Notes: generated from the letters alone by a model not told the origin. A DNA stretch of 64,000 nt from Acidobacteriota bacterium (GCA_965205505.1 CBDBHB010000007.1:320001-384000), one strand, 5' to 3'. Positions 16,599-26,936 are shown, counted from the first letter of the stretch. Numbers and translations: made by a program.

Positions 16599-18223
16599 AT
16601 GCGATCTCTCCGCGTCGTCTTATTGACACTCTCGTTGATCGTTGCCTGCGGCGGTTCGGTGCAACGCGGCGATGACGCGGCAGAGGAGAGCGACTCGCCC
16701 TGGTCGATGGGCGACGTGCGTGTGCCAATGCGGGACGGCGTCGGACTCTTCACGGATGTCTACCTGCCGGGCGACGGGCCGTTCCCCGTGGTTCTTACCC
16801 GCGTGCCCTACGGCAAGCGTTCCGACTACGTGTACCTGCCGAGAATCGGCCAGTTCTGGGCGCAGCATGGCTACGCGTTCGTTGGTCAAGACGTGCGCGG
16901 GCGATTCGGCTCCGAGGGGTCGTTCTCGCCGTACGCGTCCAACGACCAGGAGGGCCTGGATGCGTACGACACGACTGAGTGGATCGCCCGACAGCCGTGG
17001 AGTGACGGCAACGTCGGCATGATGGGCGAGTCGTACTACGGGTACACGAGCCTGGCCGGCGCAAGGAGCGGTCATCCGGCACTGAAGGCAATCTCGCCCG
17101 GGAACATCACCATGGCGCGGGAGAAGCAGGTTCTCGATGGTGCCTATCCGTTACAGGCCAGCGGCCTGTGGACACTCAACATGGACGACGTCGAGGATGG
17201 CGAGTACCAAGACCTCTCAAACATCGACCTGATGCACCTGCCGTTGATCACCATGGGTGAAGTCCACGGTCTACGCGACAACCTGTGGCGGGACCGTGTC
17301 GGCGGCTACTTGCACCGATCGGAAGACTGGCGGGAACAGCTCCATCAGCGTTACGCGCAGGTTCGCGTACCGGCGCTGCATTTTGGCGGGTGGTACGACT
17401 CGTTCACGAGAGGATCGATCGCCATCTGGGAGGGCATACGCGAGCACAGCCGCGACGAGCGTGCGCGCAACATGCAGTGGTTGGTGATGGGACCCTGGGA
17501 TCACAACGCCATGTCCGTGCACCTGTCGGGCGCCCCGGGATTGACCCAGATCGGCCGTATGCCGATCGGCGATTCGTCCGTGACGACCTACGAGGAGCGA
17601 CTCGTCGAGTTCTTCGACCACACGCTTCGCGGGCGGGACAATGCTTTCAGCAACGGGCCGAGAGTCCAGTATTTCACCATCGGCGACAACGAGTGGCGCT
17701 CGAGTAGCCAGTGGCCGCCGCAGGCTACGCAGATGACGCCCCTGTACCTGCGCGCCAACGTCGCAGCGACGGGGCCCGAGACCGGGAGGTTGGAGACGAC
17801 AGCACCGGACAGTGAGCCCGCCGACACGTATCGCTACGACCCCAATGACCCCGTGACTATCAGCTCTCAGACCGATATCTGGGGAAAGGCATCCGCCTTG
17901 CCGGATCGCGCCGCATTGCTGGAGCGCGCCGACGTGCTCACCTACACGAGCGATCCGCTCGATGAGGCCCTGGAGATCACCGGCCCGATAACGGTCAACC
18001 TGTTCGCGTCATCGTCGGCACCGGACACCGACTTCACCGCTACCCTTGTCGATGTCTACCCCGATGGATACAGCCTCTCTCGAGCAACTTCCCCCGGTTC
18101 ACCCGGAATCTCAATACCGGTCACGATTTCGGGATGAGCGATGAGATCGCGGTCGCTGACCAGACCGTGTATCACACGGCGCAGCACCCATCGCACGTGC
18201 TGCTCCCCGTTGTTCCGCGTTAG
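16599..18223 (+). pseudogene. CocE/NonD family hydrolase (lipoprotein) with an internal deletion and frameshift near 18078
   Basis: TRVPYGK, QDVRGRFGSEG, GESYYG, GWYD, GPWDH. The frame is lost after LVDVYPDGYSL; the family C-terminus SSNFPRFTRNLNTG...HPSHVLLPVVPR* follows immediately in another frame to 18223. Confidence 0.8.
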
Positions 18224-18259
18224 TCGACGCGGCCGGGCTACGAGGCGGACTTGCACGAC

Positions 18260-20047
18260 ATGACGCCGCGATCGCTCACCACCTTCCTGTTGGCTGCCGT
18301 GTCGGGGCTGTTGTGCGCCTGCGCGGCCGCCCCGGAGACGCCCGAGCGTCCCAACGTCATTCTCATCATGACCGACGACCAGGGTTATGGTGACCTGGGC
18401 GTCACGGGCAATCCCGTCATCCGAACGCCGAACCTCGACGCGATGGCGTCGAGAAGCGCTCGAATGACGACGTTCTACGTCAGCCCCGTATGTGCCCCGA
18501 CACGCGCGTCGCTCATGACCGGTCGATACAACTACCGGACTCGCGTCATCGACACCTATGTCGGACGGGCAATGATGGAGCCCGAGGAAGTAACGATTGC
18601 CGAGATCCTGCGCGACGCCGGTTACAGCACCGGAATCTTCGGCAAATGGCACCTGGGCGACGCCTTTCCGCTGCGAGCAATTGATCAGGGCTTTCAAGAG
18701 GCCCTGGTTCACCGTGGTGGCGGCATCGGTCAACCTTCGGACCCGCCCGGCGGCGAAGGGAAGTACACCGACGCCATCCTTTTTCACAATGGTGAACCGA
18801 TTCAGACGGTGGGATACGTCACGGACGTCATCTTCGACCGGGCGTTGAATTGGATAGAGCAACAGCACGACCGGGGCGACAGTTTCTTTGCCTACATCGC
18901 CACCAACGCGCCACATGGGCCCTTCCACGACGTTCCGGAGGACCTGCTAGCCGAATACTCCCGGATGGATTTGAGCGCCGCTGCATTCCCGCAGGATCGA
19001 GGCCATCCCTTGCCGGAGGATACCGATACCGACCGGCTCGCTCGCATCTTCGCGATGATCACCAACATCGATGACAACCTCGGAGAGCTCTTCGAACGCC
19101 TGGATTCACTCGGATTGACAGACAACACGATCGTCGTCTTTCTGGTCGACAACGGGCCCTGGGGTCGCCGCTATGTGGCCGGTATGCGAGGACAAAAGTC
19201 AGACGTATACGAGGGCGGCGTTCGCTCACCGTTCTTTATTCAGGGGCCGGCCCGGCTTGCCGCCGGGCGCGCCTCGGATCGCGTCGCTGCACACATCGAC
19301 GTGCTGCCGACGTTGCTCGACGCGGCAGGTTTGGAGCTCCCGGAAGGAATCGGAATCGATGGCCGTAGCTTCCTGCCGCTGTTGACCGGCAAGACGACAG
19401 ACTGGCCCGATCGCAGCATCGTCATACAGGCTCATCGGGGCGATCTTCCGCAACGCTTTCACAACTTCATGGTGCGCAACCAACGGTGGAAGCTCGCCCA
19501 CCCCAGCGGCTTTGGTCGCGAGAGCTTTGACAGTGACCCGGTGTTCGAGCTCTACGATATGGAGGCCGACCCCCTGGAGCTAGAAGATGTGGCCGACCAA
19601 GAGCCGGAGATCGTCGAAGAGTTGACTGCCGCCTACGACACTTGGTTCGACGAGGTTGGCAGCACGCGCCCGGACAACTACCTGCCCCCACGGATCAGGA
19701 TCGGTACGCCCCACGAATCTCCCACCATACTGACCCGACAAGACTAGCGTCACACGAAAGGACGGCCGTGGGGGCGGGACTCCAACGGCTATTGGGAGCT
19801 CGAGGTCGTTACCCCCGGTGAATATGACATCGATCTTCGCTTCCCGGCGACCGCGACCAGCGGAACGGCGACGCTCAGCCTCAACGACGCAACCTATCGG
19901 GCCGAGTTGGCGGCTGGCAGCGACACTCTGACCATCCAGGCCGTCCGGTTGTCTGCTGGCCCGCTGCGCCTCCAAGTCACCCTGGAGGCCGACAACGTCT
20001 CGAAGGGCCCGTGGCAAGTTGACGTGAGCTTGCGACTCGGCGGCTGA
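18260..20047 (+). pseudogene. Arylsulfatase with an in-frame TAG at 19745-19747 (catalytic domain complete, C-terminal domain cut off)
   Basis: DDQGYGD, CAPTRASLMTGR, GKWHLG. The frame continues after LTRQD* as RHTKGRPWGRDSNGYWELEV...RLGG* to 20047. Confidence 0.8.
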
Positions 20048-20113
20048 TGACAGCGCTGGTCGGGATCCGCCTCTTTTTTGCGTTGCCCCTGCGATCGCGA
20101 CCGAGGTTTGCGA

Positions 20114-20257
20114 TCAATCGAGCGTGGGGCACACTGCTCCGGTGATTTCCGTCGTACAGCTCGCAACCGTTCCACCGATCAGGTAGTCAACGCCATGCTC
20201 CTCCAGCAGGGCCAGCACGGGAGCAAGCGCGGCGATGAGGTCGGGGACGCCAGTCAC
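20114..20257 (-). pseudogene. Truncated nucleotidyltransferase N-terminal remnant
   Basis: GTG overlaps the upstream stop (GTGA); VTGVPDLIAALAPVLALLEEHGVDYLIGGTVAS then diverges and stops before a DxD motif. Confidence 0.55.
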
Positions 20258-20499
20258 TCCCCGTCGCTACCGATGCGCAGGGCGCGGACGAGCCGAGAGC
20301 CGTAGAGAAGCTCGGCCCACGCCGCACGACGCTCTGGCTCGGTCGCCCCAGGCATTCGTTCCTGCAGATTCCCCCATGACAGCGCCCGTACCTGCTGGGT
20401 GATCGAACAGGCGGCGGCCACACGCTGTTGCGGAAGGGCCTTACGGAACAGCCGGACTTGCTCCCGCTGTGCTTCAGGGTGCGTATCGGTGCGGAACAT
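20254..20499 (-). CDS. Small helical protein of the type found upstream of minimal nucleotidyltransferases (putative antitoxin/partner)
   Basis: MFRTDTHPEAQREQVRLFRKALPQQR...WAELLYG; coupled to the NTase remnant. Confidence 0.6.
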   Translation of the reverse strand: MFRTDTHPEAQREQVRLFRKALPQQRVAAACSITQQVRALSWGNLQERMPGATEPERRAAWAELLYGSRLVRALRIGSDGE

Positions 20500-20599
20500 G
20501 AAATCTCCGGACAGGTATGTCGCAGTGGCCAACACAGGTGCCCGGCTCCAAGTGACCTCCTGGTCCAGGGTGGACGCCCATTGTGAGGCACAATGACGT

Positions 20600-21061
20600 A
20601 TGCGCGATATTCCGGATCTGGTCGCTGAGCTCCGAGCCGTGCTGGCGGCACTCGACGACGCTGCTGTCCAGTACGCCCTCTGTGGCGGACTCGCGGCGAA
20701 CATCTACGGAGCGGATCGCTTCACTAAGGATATCGACCTGCTCGTGGCACCGGAGGATCTCGAGACCGCGCTCAAGGTAGCTCATGCCTCGGGTTTCACG
20801 ACCGATTCCGGCATCATCCCGCTGTCGGGTGGCACCTACCGGATGCACCGCGTGGTGAAGCTCGAAAAGGGCTGGGAGGAGCCGCTATCCTTGGACCTCA
20901 TGATCGCCGACGGCGGCACATATGCGTCCGCGTACGAATCACGTCACGCAGTTCAACACGAGGATCGACAACTGTGGTTGGTCACGCTCGAGACTCTGAT
21001 CGAGATGAAACGCGAATCAGGTCGGCCGATCGATCAACAGGACATCGAAAGGCTGACCTGA
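20600..21061 (+). CDS. Nucleotidyltransferase family protein (AbiEii/DUF6036-like)
   Basis: YALCGGLAANIYG...TKDIDLLV and C-terminal K...GRPIDQQDI. Confidence 0.8.
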   Translation: MRDIPDLVAELRAVLAALDDAAVQYALCGGLAANIYGADRFTKDIDLLVAPEDLETALKVAHASGFTTDSGIIPLSGGTYRMHRVVKLEKGWEEPLSLDLMIADGGTYASAYESRHAVQHEDRQLWLVTLETLIEMKRESGRPIDQQDIERLT

Positions 21062-21353
21062 CGCCCGAGTTGGTCGCTCGGCGTCTCGCGCTACTCACCG
21101 AGATCCGCCGTTTGTCAGCCTGGCTGCCGCGACTCTCACGGTCTTCGGCAACGTCTACACCCATCTGATCGGCGGCTTTCCAGCCCAGCGCCCCGTCGCC
21201 GGATCTCCTCGGTCCGGGACAAAGTCGAATGTGATGTAGCCACGCGCGAACCGCCGGGCAGGCTGGCGCCACCGCCTCGGGCGACCGCTCATCAACTCCA
21301 GGAGGTGACTCTACGCTACCGAACTCTTCTGGCTTGGCGACCGCCCCTTCATA

Positions 21354-24113
21354 TCAGTCGGCGCGCAATGCTTGCACGGGATCCAGCCGCGCGGCGCGGC
21401 GAGCCGGCAACCAGTTGGCGAGGCCGGCGACCAGCAGCAGGATCAGGAACGCCGCTGCGAACGCCAGTGGATCGAGGGCGCCGACGCCGTAGAGAACGGA
21501 TGCGAGTGCTCGGGACAGTAGTGCCGAGGCGACGCCCCCGACGGCCGCACCGATCGCTACCAGCCCGAGACCGCGTCGCAAGACCAACTGCACGACGTCC
21601 GCGCTGGCGGCGCCGAGCGCCATCCGCACGCCGATCTCCTTGGACCGTCGCGCCACGGAGTAAGCGATCACACCGTATAGACCCACCGACACGAGCAGGA
21701 GCGCGATCACGCCCGCGGAAATCAGCATGGCCGCGCCGAAGCGGACCGGGAACAGTGCCATCGCCAGGATTCCGAGCATGTCGCTGTCGTTCGTGAAGAC
21801 AAGCTCAGGCTCTATGGCGAGCAGCTCCTGCCGTACTGCGGTGCGCAGCTGCGGCGTGTCGCGGTCGAGCCGCACGGCGATGGTCCCATTCGAACGCGAA
21901 TTCTGCTCATCCGCATAGTAGAGATACGGGATGGGTTCCTCGCCGACGGTGCGGACCTTCGTGTCGGCCACCACACCGATGATCTCGTAGCTCGGTCCGT
22001 CGAGGCCGTCGGTGTGGAACCTCTGGCCGACGGCCCCGCCAGGGAAATCGCGCTCCGCGAGAGCCATGGAGACCATCGCGACGGCGAGTGACTCCGGCGT
22101 GTCCTGTGCGCCAAAGGCGCGCCCGCGCAGCAGCGGCACACCGAGAGCATCGAAGTAGCCGCTGTCGACCGTCGTGATGTCGACCGCGATGGCCGGGTCG
22201 TCGGACGTTACTTGCCGACCTTCGATGTAGATCCCGTCCTGGCTGAGGCCCAGACTCAGTGGCATGCGGCTGGTACGCCCTACGGCACGTACGCCGGGCA
22301 GCGCGCCGATCCGCGCTACGGCAGTATCGAAGAACTGATCGGCGTCCTCGCGGGAGTAGTCGAGCAGGTCCAGATCCACTGTGTAAGCCAGGAGGCCGTT
22401 GGGATCGAACCCCAGGTCCACGTTGGTCGCCGATTGCACGCTGCGCACCATCAATGCCGCGCCGACGAGCAGCACGATGCAGACCGCGACCTGCACCACG
22501 ACGAGGGCGCCTCGAAGTCCGTACTTGCGGCCGGACCCCTCGCTTCCACGCGCGCCGTCCTTGAGCGCAGCGACCAGGTCGGTTCGGGAGCCGCGGAGCG
22601 CCGGCGCGAGGCCGAAGATCAGGCCGGCGGCTACCGCCAGGGCGAAGGTGAAGGCGATGACTCTGCCGTCCATCGGGAGGTTCCAACTCACGGGAATCGC
22701 GCTTGGCGGCCGGAAACTCAGCAGCAACCCGCGCAGCCAGATTGTCAGGCCGACACCACCGATCCCGCCGAGAAACGCGAGCACCAGGCTCTCGGTAAGC
22801 AGCTGGCGCACGAGGCGCGCTTTGCCGGCGCCAAGGGCCAGACGAACGGCGATCTCGCGGCTTCGCGCCGACGCTCGCGACAGGGTCATCGCAGCGATGT
22901 TCGTACAGGCGCTGACCAGTACGAGACCGACCATGCCGAGCAGGAGGGCCGCGACCGGGGCCAGATAGCCGTCGGCCATCGGGTGGACGCGCACGCTGGT
23001 GGCAGGCAGCACACGGGCTCCCCATCCTTCATTGATGTCGGGGTACTCGACTGCAAGCCGCGCGAAGATCGCGTCCATCTCTGCTTGCACCTGTGCCACG
23101 CTGGCACCTTGGGCGAGACGCCCCTTGAGCATCATCCAACGGCTACCGCGCTGTTCGGGGCGCGTGTCTCCCGGCGAAGTCTCATAGGACAGGACGCCGA
23201 ACGGGTCGATCTCTTCGGCCATCGTAGCCGGGAGCCACAGTTGAGCGTCGAACACGTGGACGAGGCCGTTGAACTCTGGCGGCGCGATGCCGATCACCGT
23301 GTAGGGTCGACCGTTCAGAGTCAGCGCCTCCCCGATGATCGATTTGTCGCCGGCGAAACGGTCGTGCCAGAAACCGTGCCCCAGCACTACGACTGGATGG
23401 CCGCCGGGCACGCGGTCGTCATCGGGGCCGATCAGCCGCTCCATCTGCGGCGTGATTCCCAGGAGCTCGAAGAAGTTGCCGGTGATGAACTCGCCGTAGA
23501 CCATCTCGGCGCGGCCGTTCGACGTCATGCTCGCGCCGAGCATGGAATGGCCCGCAATACCGCTGACCGTCGTGGCCGATTCGCTGATGCTCAGATAGTC
23601 GGGGTAAGAGCTCGTGATCGGAACGCCGTACTCGGCATTGAACGAGTAGATCTCGACCAGCTCCTCGGGCGCCCGCACGGGCAGCGGCCGCAGCAGCAAC
23701 GTGTTGACCATCGTGAAGATCGTGGCGTTGATCCCGACCCCGATCGTCAGCGTGAGCACCACAACGGCGACATACATCGGGCTGCGCCCGAGCGTGCGAA
23801 CCGCGAACCGCATGTCCTGCCAGATTGTTTCCATGATGAAGGCGTCTCGGGGGAACTTCGGAAGGTGCCGCCGGCCCGAAGGTTGCTTGAGAGAAAGAGC
23901 GACCCGGTGCGAATCGCGCGCAAAGAGAAGGCGAACCGGCGTGACGAGGACGTGGCGCGCATACCAGGCGGTGGCACGGACCCTGCCGTCGCGCCGAGCG
24001 CGGTAGCGAAACAGCTCGGCGAGATCGGCGGGCAGCACATCGCGGTCGCGTCGCGGCAGCGTCAGCCGGAGGATGCCGGCCAACAGTCGAGGTGGAGCGA
24101 GCCGCGCGCTCAT
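21354..24113 (-). CDS. Duplicated orphan ABC permease (ADOP, MacB/FtsX x2)
   Basis: QDMRFAVRTL, LTIGVGINATIF, REIAVRLALGA, SKEIGVRMALGA, PARRAARLDPVQALRAD; no ATPase domain. Confidence 0.9.
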   Translation of the reverse strand: MSARLAPPRLLAGILRLTLPRRDRDVLPADLAELFRYRARRDGRVRATAWYARHVLVTPVRLLFARDSHRVALSLKQPSGRRHLPKFPRDAFIMETIWQDMRFAVRTLGRSPMYVAVVVLTLTIGVGINATIFTMVNTLLLRPLPVRAPEELVEIYSFNAEYGVPITSSYPDYLSISESATTVSGIAGHSMLGASMTSNGRAEMVYGEFITGNFFELLGITPQMERLIGPDDDRVPGGHPVVVLGHGFWHDRFAGDKSIIGEALTLNGRPYTVIGIAPPEFNGLVHVFDAQLWLPATMAEEIDPFGVLSYETSPGDTRPEQRGSRWMMLKGRLAQGASVAQVQAEMDAIFARLAVEYPDINEGWGARVLPATSVRVHPMADGYLAPVAALLLGMVGLVLVSACTNIAAMTLSRASARSREIAVRLALGAGKARLVRQLLTESLVLAFLGGIGGVGLTIWLRGLLLSFRPPSAIPVSWNLPMDGRVIAFTFALAVAAGLIFGLAPALRGSRTDLVAALKDGARGSEGSGRKYGLRGALVVVQVAVCIVLLVGAALMVRSVQSATNVDLGFDPNGLLAYTVDLDLLDYSREDADQFFDTAVARIGALPGVRAVGRTSRMPLSLGLSQDGIYIEGRQVTSDDPAIAVDITTVDSGYFDALGVPLLRGRAFGAQDTPESLAVAMVSMALAERDFPGGAVGQRFHTDGLDGPSYEIIGVVADTKVRTVGEEPIPYLYYADEQNSRSNGTIAVRLDRDTPQLRTAVRQELLAIEPELVFTNDSDMLGILAMALFPVRFGAAMLISAGVIALLLVSVGLYGVIAYSVARRSKEIGVRMALGAASADVVQLVLRRGLGLVAIGAAVGGVASALLSRALASVLYGVGALDPLAFAAAFLILLLVAGLANWLPARRAARLDPVQALRAD

Positions 24114-24442
24114 TTCGCCTCGTCCAGGCGTTCCTCGACGCCATCCCAGAGCGTGACCAGCGCTTTGCGCGACGCGCTCAGCGTGTCGATGCCCTCGGGC
24201 GTGATGCTGACCACGCGCCGCGTGCGTGACCCACGTGCGCCCGCCGCATCGTCGAGGCGCGAAGCGACAAGGCCCTTCTTCTCGAGTCTTCGCAGAGCGA
24301 TGTACACGGCCGCCGGCGCCGCCTCACGACCCGTCTGCTCTTCAAGCTCGAGTACGATCGGCACCGTGTAGGTGTCGTCGCCGAGCCGCAGGATCGACAG
24401 CAGAATCTGATGTTCGAAGCCGCCAAGCACGTCGCGTCCCAT
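24110..24442 (-). CDS. PadR family transcriptional regulator (acidobacterial type)
   Basis: LGGFEHQILLSILRL, AVYIALRRLEKKGLV; ATGA overlap with the permease. Confidence 0.88.
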   Translation of the reverse strand: MGRDVLGGFEHQILLSILRLGDDTYTVPIVLELEEQTGREAAPAAVYIALRRLEKKGLVASRLDDAAGARGSRTRRVVSITPEGIDTLSASRKALVTLWDGVEERLDEAK

Positions 24443-24503
24443 AGGGTTCGTCCTAGTTCCAATAGCGTTGCCGGGTGACCAGATCGTTACACTGATCAGT
24501 CCA

Positions 24504-24518
24504 TCTAACAACGTTAGA
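24504..24518. promoter_or_regulatory. Inverted repeat TCTAAC-AAC-GTTAGA upstream of padR (candidate operator)
   Basis: Perfect 6-bp arms about 60 bp upstream of the padR start. Confidence 0.4.
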
Positions 24519-24654
24519 CGAACGAGGGAGCCAAGAGTTTCGTAGAATCGGATCCTCGACCCCCCTCGGAGTCACCACGCCGGTCGGGCGTTGTCGGAGA
24601 GCATCGGCTACGATCCCGGCCAGAGGGACGCGCCAAGATGTCGGACGCGGATAG

Positions 24655-25131
24655 TTGAAAAAGGGCGAGCCAGGGTCGGCGGATCAAGCTACCGGTGCGG
24701 CGCGCTCCGACGGTGCGCCGAAAACCACAGGCCAGGACAAGAAAGACGGATCTCGGGTTGCAGCCCTACTCATGTCTTGGGTTGCAGCTTTGCTCATGCC
24801 CTGGCTCGTCGGCGCGGTCGTCTTCTTCTGGGTATTCGCTGCAATCGATACGTTTGTTGGAATCCCGAGTACCGTCCGCCAGGTTCTCTATGGTGTGTTT
24901 ATCGTGCCCTGGGCGCTGTTGTTCGCCTTGTTGGTTCCTTTCGCGGTGGTCAATGGAATCACGTGGTTTCGAAGTGCTCCGCCCGCCGATACCAGGAAGT
25001 CGGTCCGCACGATGGTTGGTGTCGTCCTGACCCTCATCGTGATGGCGATGATTCTGAGTGGCGTCTTCGATCCGGCAGTCGACCGAATCGTCAGTTTTCT
25101 TGCCGCACTTCGGACACGTGTGTCGCGCTGA
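24655..25131 (+). CDS. Hypothetical membrane protein
   Basis: About three long hydrophobic segments; start uncertain. Confidence 0.5.
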   Translation: MKKGEPGSADQATGAARSDGAPKTTGQDKKDGSRVAALLMSWVAALLMPWLVGAVVFFWVFAAIDTFVGIPSTVRQVLYGVFIVPWALLFALLVPFAVVNGITWFRSAPPADTRKSVRTMVGVVLTLIVMAMILSGVFDPAVDRIVSFLAALRTRVSR

Positions 25132-25148
25132 ACGTTCGTTGGCAGTTG

Positions 25149-25427
25149 CTAGCAGGCCGTGGTGGAAGTGTGGCGGGCTTGGTTACGGCGAGTTGGGGCC
25201 AGATGGAAGGCGGCCCGACGCAGGCGATGCCCTAGCCATCGTCCAGGAGGGCCAACGCCGCAGATGGCCCCAAATCGTCGTAACCCTCCGGGCGACAGGG
25301 GGTTGCGCGCGTATGCTACGTCGTTCGTCGTCAACGATGGGGCAACCATCGCCTCCTTCTCTCTCCTTGCCTCCGCCTCCCAAGACCCGGTCGCCAGGCC
25401 CGCCACACTTTCACCACGGCCTGCTAG
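25149..25427. mobile_element. MITE/REP-like element, long copy (279 bp) with ~30-bp terminal inverted repeats bounded by CTAG
   Basis: CTAGCAGGCCGTGGTGGAAGTGTGGCGGGC ... GCCCGCCACACTTTCACCACGGCCTGCTAG; internal hairpins; right half homologous to 56085-56256. Confidence 0.85.
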
Positions 25428-26417
25428 CGCTTGTGGTTCTCGCGAGCCCAGCTCTCGAGCAACTCGACGCGACGACGCACGTCTCGAGACAGATCACCGA
25501 TAGACGTGAGGGTGGGCAACGCAAAGGGCAACGTCGCTTGACCTCCGATCGACCAGGTCGATCACGCCGGTGAGCTCGTTTCGCCCCCTTTGCCGCCTTT
25601 GCGCGTCATCCCGACCCTCCACATCCACGATCGACCCTGACCCCACGTTCAGGTCCGTGGTCACCCCGTCGACGAATGCTGCCGTCCTGCCCTGGACATC
25701 GCCCGGACGGCCGTCCAGCGAGGCGCTGGCCGCACCGCCGTAATCTTCGACGTTCACCACGACGACATAGTCGGCGAGCTCCATCAACCGCACTAGGCCG
25801 AAGTTGGGCGAGTCTCGAAGCGCTTTCTCGATTTGCTGTTGCACGACGATCAGCTCTCCTTGGATCTGCATGAGAGCCGCCTCCATCGCGCTGTTGTGTT
25901 CGGTGACGCTCGTGTCCATCGGACCGACGATGACCCGCGGCGCGTTCAGGCGCTCCTCGAGATCCTCCGGCGGCTCGATTACCTCCTTGAGCTGCACGAT
26001 CTCCTTGCTCATGTCCTGGCCGGCCTGGTGCGCCAGGATAGTCATCTCCCAGCAGGTGTCGTAGTCGCCCACGCCGAAGGCGGCGATGCCCGCCATGAGG
26101 TACACCTCGGGCACCCCGAGCTGGCGCTCATCGGCGGCCAGAAATGCCTCCAGGGCATCATCCTCGTCACCCATTTGACCGTGTGCCATGCCCTTCCAGT
26201 AATAGGTCACCCACAACCGGTCGTTGTCCTCGATCATGTCTTCGAGCACATCGAGCGCCTCTTTCGGCTCACCCTGATCGATGTACTCTCGGACGCGCTT
26301 CAGTTGCTCCTGCAGCTCCTGAACGTCCTGCTGTGGCAGCGGGCCGGCTGCAGCAGCCGCAGAGACCGCCAGGATGGCTATCCCGAACGTGACGATACTT
26401 CTCGACACTGGATTCAC
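25424..26417 (-). CDS. Exported TPR-repeat protein; apparent frameshift near 25535
   Basis: Signal peptide and TPR-like helices (YYWKGMAHGQMG, YLMAGIAAFG). The alternative frame PFALPTLTSIGDLSRDVRRRVELLESWARENHKR* matches the paralog at 56640-57614 and ends on the element's CTAG. Confidence 0.7.
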
Positions 26418-26660
26418 GGCTGGCTTTTACCTTCTGTGGGGAGTAGGTGGCAGGAACGTTGCCAACTTTACGATATGCGAGGCACCTTGAGACAGTAGCC
26501 CCACCGACAGATCGAAATCGTCCGTTGCCGGACGACACACCCGGCGAGCATCGAACGCCAGACACAGGAAAGCCGCAACGCGGGAAACGTCGCGGCTCTC
26601 TGTGTGAGTCGGTTCAGGTCGACGTCGAATCACGACATCGGACGCCGGCCGGCCAGAAAA

Positions 26661-26936
26661 CTACCAGCGTCGGTCGCCGCCACCGCCGCGCTCACCACGC
26701 GGCTGTGCTTCGTTGACACGCAGCCTCCGGCCATCCATGTCCTGACCATCGGCTTGAGAGATCGCTTTTTCAGCGTCGGCATCATCCATTTCGACGAACC
26801 CGAAGCCGCGCGAGCGACCGGTGTCGCGGTCGGTGATTACAGCCGCGGAGTGCACCTCACCGTATGCGGAGAAAAACTCGCGCAGCTCAGTGTCACCGGT
26901 GCCCCAGGACAAGTTTCCAACGTAGATCTTCTTCAC
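26661..26936 (-). CDS. RRM RNA-binding protein with Gly/Arg tail
   Basis: RNP2 IYVGNL, RNP1 RGFGFVEM, GRRLRVNEA. Confidence 0.92.
   Translation of the reverse strand: MKKIYVGNLSWGTGDTELREFFSAYGEVHSAAVITDRDTGRSRGFGFVEMDDADAEKAISQADGQDMDGRRLRVNEAQPRGERGGGGDRRW

Noticed and set aside
19745-19747. Pyrrolysine or genome-wide amber recoding
   Set aside because: TAG ends many intact genes here (ggt, mpg, quinone reductase); no pyl genes seen.
16378-21300. Intact tRNA-Glu-anchored integrative element
   Set aside because: No integrase and no duplicated tRNA-Glu 3' end found in the window.
22212-24371. 719-aa plus-strand ORF and similar shadows opposite other permeases and hydrolases
   Set aside because: Fully overlap well-supported genes on the other strand; no motifs.
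25149-25427. CRISPR array
   Set aside because: Repeats are inverted and dispersed, not regularly spaced direct repeats; no cas genes anywhere in the window.
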